Virus record (IMG/VR): IMGVR_UViG_3300029305_011675 | Length of the DNA stretch: 64,000 bases | Reading direction: 5' to 3' (one strand) | From: a virus | Taxonomy: Duplodnaviria > Heunggongvirae > Uroviricota > Caudoviricetes | Made by a program: the position numbers and the translations under genes | The notes under the pieces: generated by a model | What the model was told of the DNA's origin: nothing | Database searches by the model: none | The model's input: the letters and a program-made list of their open reading frames with translations, nothing else | In this document: positions 59,563 through 64,000 of the stretch, in pieces | How the letters are laid out: each line of letters opens with the position of its first letter | How positions within the stretch are numbered: the stretch's first letter is position 1

Positions 59563-59648
59563 AGAGGAAATCCGCCTTCGGGCGGATTTGTTTTTTACTT
59601 TGCAACAAGAAAAGGTCGTTCAAAAAAGAACGACCTTATTTTTTCGTA

Positions 59649-60251
59649 TTAATCCCACTCGCTATCTTCTTCATAAGTTACTTCACATTCGTCAAGGTCA
59701 GGCATCGAAACATAACCGCCAGCTGCACCATCCTTTTCAAACTCGCAACCAAAAACATAACCAGTGTATTTATCATTTACCCTGTCATAGGTATATTCCT
59801 GTGTATATGTACGATAATTTTCCTCTTCGCCAGATACAAAAATCTTTGCGATATCGTCCATAGATTTTACTTTTTCTCTGATTTCTTTTACAAAATCATA
59901 AGCATCAAATGTAACGCCTTCGCTCTCGCCATCTTCGTCCCATGTTTCGCATTCAACAGGATTAGATTTCTCAAAAATCTTAATATGTTGACTTTCATCG
60001 CACCATTCATTACAGTCAATAACACCTTCTGTAAGGATTGCAATAAGTTCTTCAACATCTTTTGCCTTTCCCATCTTTTTAGGACTTGCCGTGATACCAG
60101 CATCACATTCGAAATAGTCAATGCGACCACATTCTGGTGTTCCGCCATTTCCATAGAAAGAAATTTCCCTACCATCTACTGTTTCAATCTTGATAGAAAC
60201 GATGAAAGAAGAACTTGAACTATTCGTTACAAAACCATTTCTAAACTTCAT
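59649..60251 (-). CDS. Hypothetical protein with MKxRxGFVTNSSSSSF N-terminus
   Basis: N-terminal motif recalled from phage and Bacillota hypothetical proteins. Confidence 0.7.
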   Translation of the reverse strand: MKFRNGFVTNSSSSSFIVSIKIETVDGREISFYGNGGTPECGRIDYFECDAGITASPKKMGKAKDVEELIAILTEGVIDCNEWCDESQHIKIFEKSNPVECETWDEDGESEGVTFDAYDFVKEIREKVKSMDDIAKIFVSGEEENYRTYTQEYTYDRVNDKYTGYVFGCEFEKDGAAGGYVSMPDLDECEVTYEEDSEWD

Positions 60252-60266
60252 ATTTTTCTCCTTGTT

Positions 60267-60536
60267 TTAGAATTCTTTATTCATTATTTTTAGTATAGAT
60301 TTGCCTTTGTCGGTAATCTGATACTTATTTTTTCGATTATCGTAGTTCACAACAAGACCATTTTCAATTAACCATTGCACATATTCATTGCACTTTGCCT
60401 TTGACAAATGACAAACATCAGCAAGTTCTTGTTGTGTAATAGATACATATTTTTCTTTTCTATATTGCAATTGCATTTCGTTTAATTTGTATAAAACATT
60501 AAACTTTTTATTACCAAATTCTTTACCCAGAATCAT
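60267..60536 (-). CDS. Winged helix-turn-helix DNA-binding protein
   Basis: ITQQELADVCHLSKAKC...LIENGLV...YQITDKG. Confidence 0.8.
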   Translation of the reverse strand: MILGKEFGNKKFNVLYKLNEMQLQYRKEKYVSITQQELADVCHLSKAKCNEYVQWLIENGLVVNYDNRKNKYQITDKGKSILKIMNKEF

Positions 60537-60680
60537 ACTTTTCTTCCCTTCTTTTTATTTACTTAATCATACAATATTTTTTTCAAAAAGTCAATGTTTT
60601 TACTAAAATACCTGTTGACATTCTTGAAGAAGTGTGGTATAATTAAGGTACAAAATAAAGAAAAGGAGGTCATTGAAACA

Positions 60681-61394
60681 ATGACTAATAACGAACATTT
60701 TAACCACGACGAAGAGGCTATGGAAGCAATGGAGGCAATGGGTTCTTTCCTCGCAGCAATGCTTGGCGAAGAGACCGCTAATGCTATTATGGCAGAAGCG
60801 GAAAAGGAAGGCGGTTCTTTCCATGTAGGACCTGGTTTTATCTGCGGTCATAGCACCCTTCCTCACAAGAATCCCACTCGTCCCGCACAGAATCCCATTC
60901 GTAAGGACATGAATTCTCACAATAAGGATGTCTGCGGTTGCAATCACTCCAACGAAGAGAAGCACAACTGCAAGTGCGATTGCCACGATGATAAGAACCA
61001 GAACAATATGGAAAAGGTTAAGCGACCTATCGCAACTCCTTGTCATACAAGTTTCTACGGTGCATCCAATGTTTATACCGATGCAAAGGGTAATTACACC
61101 ATCAAGATGATGCTTCCTGGTTTTGTTAAGGAAGAGATTACTGTTTCTTACCTTGGTAAGGAAATTACCGTAAAGGCAGTACATGAACAGAAGGTTTCCG
61201 CTATGTCCACCGACGACGGTGTAATCTTCGTAAAGGCGAAGGAAGAGTTCTCTGGTGCAGAGACTATCACTCGCAAGTTTGTATTTGAGAATGCACTTTT
61301 CGCACAGACTACTATGAGTCTCGAAGCAGGTATTCTCACTATTCATATTCCCGTAAAGGCAGAGGAAACTCCTACCACAATTTCCTTTGAATAA
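60681..61394 (+). CDS. Hsp20/alpha-crystallin family protein with His/Cys-rich N-terminal region
   Basis: MLPGFVKEEITVS...RKF...AGILTIHIP. Confidence 0.75.
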   Translation: MTNNEHFNHDEEAMEAMEAMGSFLAAMLGEETANAIMAEAEKEGGSFHVGPGFICGHSTLPHKNPTRPAQNPIRKDMNSHNKDVCGCNHSNEEKHNCKCDCHDDKNQNNMEKVKRPIATPCHTSFYGASNVYTDAKGNYTIKMMLPGFVKEEITVSYLGKEITVKAVHEQKVSAMSTDDGVIFVKAKEEFSGAETITRKFVFENALFAQTTMSLEAGILTIHIPVKAEETPTTISFE

Positions 61395-61524
61395 TCCTCA
61401 CAGCACTCACACAATAGTGGCACGAAAGTGCCACTATTTTTTTATAAAAGTGTTGACATTGCAAGTGGAATATGGTATAATATGAGTATAAAAACGGATT
61501 AAGAATAACAAAAGGAGAATGTTT

Positions 61525-62178
61525 ATGAAAAAATTTACTTTTGAAAGAGGAATCAATAAACACGGTCAAGAGGTCATTGAAGCATACAAGATGTACCTTG
61601 ATGTTAAAACCCCTCTTTTTGTAAGAGAAGCAATCAAAGCATCTTTAATCAAAGAAAAGGCACTCAAAGTTAAAACAGCATTAAGCAATAAAGTCAGTAT
61701 CGAAGAATTTTCAGAAATCGTTTCTTCTTATGAACTTTATCTCACAAGTGCAAAGGAGATGCAAGATGCTGCGATTCTCTTTATTGTTGAAAATGTACCC
61801 GCCAATACAAAAGTGGATATTGACAGAAGTGGAAAAAGCAAGGTTATGATTCAAAAAAGAATCGGACTGAAGTCTTCTGATTTCCAAAAGTATTTTGGTA
61901 CTTCTCCCGAACAAACTACTATGCTCTACACCAACGGTTTCGCTAAAACATTTGTCGATACCCGTATAAGAAAGTGCATTATAGATATTATTGAACAAAG
62001 AAAGTCAAAGAACTTTGATGTAAAACTTTCAGATGCTTTTAAGGATACCGAAAGAAAACTCTTCAATATTTCGATTGATTTTGAAATCCCTATGGATAAG
62101 TTAGACAATGTTGTTTGCGAGGAAGTAATCGACATTATCAAGCATCTTGAAAACGAACTCAAAGACTTTACCTGTTAA
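61525..62178 (+). CDS. Hypothetical protein
   Basis: Promoter at 61453; AGGAG RBS. Confidence 0.7.
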   Translation: MKKFTFERGINKHGQEVIEAYKMYLDVKTPLFVREAIKASLIKEKALKVKTALSNKVSIEEFSEIVSSYELYLTSAKEMQDAAILFIVENVPANTKVDIDRSGKSKVMIQKRIGLKSSDFQKYFGTSPEQTTMLYTNGFAKTFVDTRIRKCIIDIIEQRKSKNFDVKLSDAFKDTERKLFNISIDFEIPMDKLDNVVCEEVIDIIKHLENELKDFTC

Positions 62179-62187
62179 GGAGAGGTT

Positions 62188-62517
62188 ATGAAATATTTAG
62201 ATAATTGGCATGTTGTAAAAGACAAAAAGGGTAGAAAACATTACCTTTTTGGTCCTATTATTGAATATGGCGATGAAGAAGACTATATTTCTGAACAGCG
62301 CTTTACAGACATGACGGAAATCCCATTCAACAAATGGGAAGCAAAAGATTGTGCAGAAATTTTAGGAAATATCATGGAAGACCTAAATATGCACAACTAC
62401 ACCTATATACCAGATGTTGTATATGATATTTGCAAAAAGAAGTTTGTTTTACCGCAGAGGCGAAATGCCTTTATGAGAAAATTCTTACTTAAAATGATTG
62501 AGAATTTTCCGCAATAA
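62188..62517 (+). CDS. Hypothetical protein
   Basis: RBS; operonic position. Confidence 0.65.
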   Translation: MKYLDNWHVVKDKKGRKHYLFGPIIEYGDEEDYISEQRFTDMTEIPFNKWEAKDCAEILGNIMEDLNMHNYTYIPDVVYDICKKKFVLPQRRNAFMRKFLLKMIENFPQ

Positions 62518-62580
62518 GTTTTTTACACGACTTGTCGTGAAAAATAAATAAAAATCGCAATAGCGAAAGGAGAAAATTTA

Positions 62581-64000
62581 ATGAAAAAGGCACTATCTCT
62601 TATTCTGGCAATCATTCTTGTGCTTGGAATGTTTGCTGGATGTTCTTCGAATAAGAACGACCCCACAGAAGGCACGAAACCCAATGAAAATGGTCAAACT
62701 TCTCTCCACGGAAGTACAATGACTATTACACAGTTAAAGCAAAAGTATGGCGAAACTGACAAGGGTAAGATTCTTCCTCTTTACAATCTTGACCCGAATG
62801 AGCAGTTAGCAATTTCCTTGAAGTATACTCCAACCAATGAAAGAGATGTATTTTCTATTCATACTGACGAAAAGTGTCTCAAGGAAAGCGAAGTAGCACT
62901 TATGTGGTCTCCAAGTTCTTACATGCCGTCTGGTCCAAAGACTTATGAAGTAAGACCGATTATGGCACCTCTTGCAGACAGCAAAACACAAGGCCTTTGG
63001 GGCAATGTATCCACTTATTACATCAAGTTCAATTACGATATTAATGCAGAAACAGAAACAAAGTTGGATGAACCCGTAATTGTTCCTATGTCTATTAAGT
63101 CTCCTGCCGAAATTCCCAATGTAGGGTACGAAGTTAAAGATGGCAATTTTACCCTCACTTGGACCAAGGTTGAAGGAGCGACCTCTTATAAGATTTATCA
63201 GAGAAGTGTAATCAAATTGCTCGAAACTACAAATATTCCTCCAAAGGGTAAGGAAGAAGCATATGTTGGTAACTTCCCTCGTCTCGAAGCAGAAGTGAGT
63301 GCAGACACATTCTCTTACAATGATTGGATGAACGATGGCAAGGGCGGTCAATCTAAACTTGCAAGTGAAGATGTTATTGGCGGTTATATTACAAGTTATC
63401 AGAACCAAGGTGTAAACGGCGAATACTATGTTACTGCTGTTGTAGATGGAAAAGAATCCTTGTTTTCTGTTGGTGTAGCAACTTATGGTTTGTCGCTTCC
63501 TGCAGAATTTGCAAAAGGCACATCTTTGCTCGCCAACAGTTATGATTCCGCCGATGACCTTCCTCAAACTGTCAACATTCTTTATGTTGATGGTACCACA
63601 AAGTCCCACGGTGTAACTTACGAAACAAAGGCAGGTAGTACAGCAGTAACCTATCGTATTGATGGTACTTCGATTGTCGGTTATGTAACAGTTAAGTCTG
63701 GTGCAGAAAATGTAAAAACAGAAGACAAGGCATCTGACGAAATCGGTGGTTTTGTAGAGGTAGAAAATAATATTCCTCAAAATGCTCCTACAAATGTCCC
63801 AACTGTTAATGATGGAAAAACTTCCGACAAGGATATTGCTCCTATGCCACCCGCTGATGTGACACCTCCAGTCGAACCTAATGAACCCGACGAACCTGCA
63901 AAACCAGACGAACCCTCCACACCAGACAACCCCGACCCAGAACCTTCTACCGAAAAGACGGTTGTAGAACAGCAGGTTGAAAATACCGAAAAGGTTCTTG
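62581..64000 (+). CDS. Large lipoprotein, truncated at the window edge (absent from the ORF track)
   Basis: AGGAG RBS; MKKALSLILAIILVLGMFAGC lipobox; no stop seen before the window end; Pro/Glu-rich linker near the end. Confidence 0.8.
   Translation, partial: MKKALSLILAIILVLGMFAGCSSNKNDPTEGTKPNENGQTSLHGSTMTITQLKQKYGETDKGKILPLYNLDPNEQLAISLKYTPTNERDVFSIHTDEKCLKESEVALMWSPSSYMPSGPKTYEVRPIMAPLADSKTQGLWGNVSTYYIKFNYDINAETETKLDEPVIVPMSIKSPAEIPNVGYEVKDGNFTLTWTKVEGATSYKIYQRSVIKLLETTNIPPKGKEEAYVGNFPRLEAEVSADTFSYNDWMNDGKGGQSKLASEDVIGGYITSYQNQGVNGEYYVTAVVDGKESLFSVGVATYGLSLPAEFAKGTSLLANSYDSADDLPQTVNILYVDGTTKSHGVTYETKAGSTAVTYRIDGTSIVGYVTVKSGAENVKTEDKASDEIGGFVEVENNIPQNAPTNVPTVNDGKTSDKDIAPMPPADVTPPVEPNEPDEPAKPDEPSTPDNPDPEPSTEKTVVEQQVENTEKVL

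Noticed and set aside
62806-63780. 324-aa minus-strand ORF (likewise 27179-27934, 30751-31494, 54911-55906, 57318-58136, 59502-60218, 60603-61346)
   Set aside because: Antisense shadows of better-supported genes on the opposite strand
1-64000. Stop-codon reassignment as in some gut megaphages
   Set aside because: Known genes are full length under code 11, TAG and TGA occur as true stops before terminators or RBSs, and no suppressor tRNA was seen.

Overview
AT-rich, gene-dense 64 kb read with the standard code. Near-consensus sigmaA promoters and AGGAG-type RBSs point to a Bacillota host. It looks like part of a very large extrachromosomal element (jumbo phage or megaplasmid), but this is inference: no capsid, terminase or conjugation genes are in the window. 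The content is mostly orphan ORFs and lipoproteins, plus NAD+-dependent ligase, pyruvate kinase, TatD, ferredoxin, three orphan DNA methyltransferases, a PARP/macrodomain pair, a Nudix hydrolase, Hsp20, two tnpB-only IS200/IS605 elements, tRNA-Lys and tRNA-Pro. Four observations stand out. (1) A ~1.1 kb non-coding operon (49475-50549) holds tRNA-Lys, several tRNA-like RNAs with remodelled anticodon arms, and a CCA-ended RNA that reproduces the 23S rRNA uL11-binding/GTPase-associated centre, split by a ~290-nt insert. A further ~294-nt RNA with tRNA-like ends lies at 21133-21426. (2) A self-contained cassette of promoter, ~200-nt structured leader and unclassified reverse transcriptase sits inside a cluster of type IV pilin-like adhesin paralogues with constant N-termini and swapped C-termini. 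(3) The 33.9-39.0 kb region has four spaced 62-63 bp palindromic sites and oppositely oriented C-rich/G-rich repeats, suggesting an origin or recombination locus. (4) Both TnpB elements interrupt genes that can be reconstructed in frame. All calls come from reading the sequence by eye; no database searches were run.
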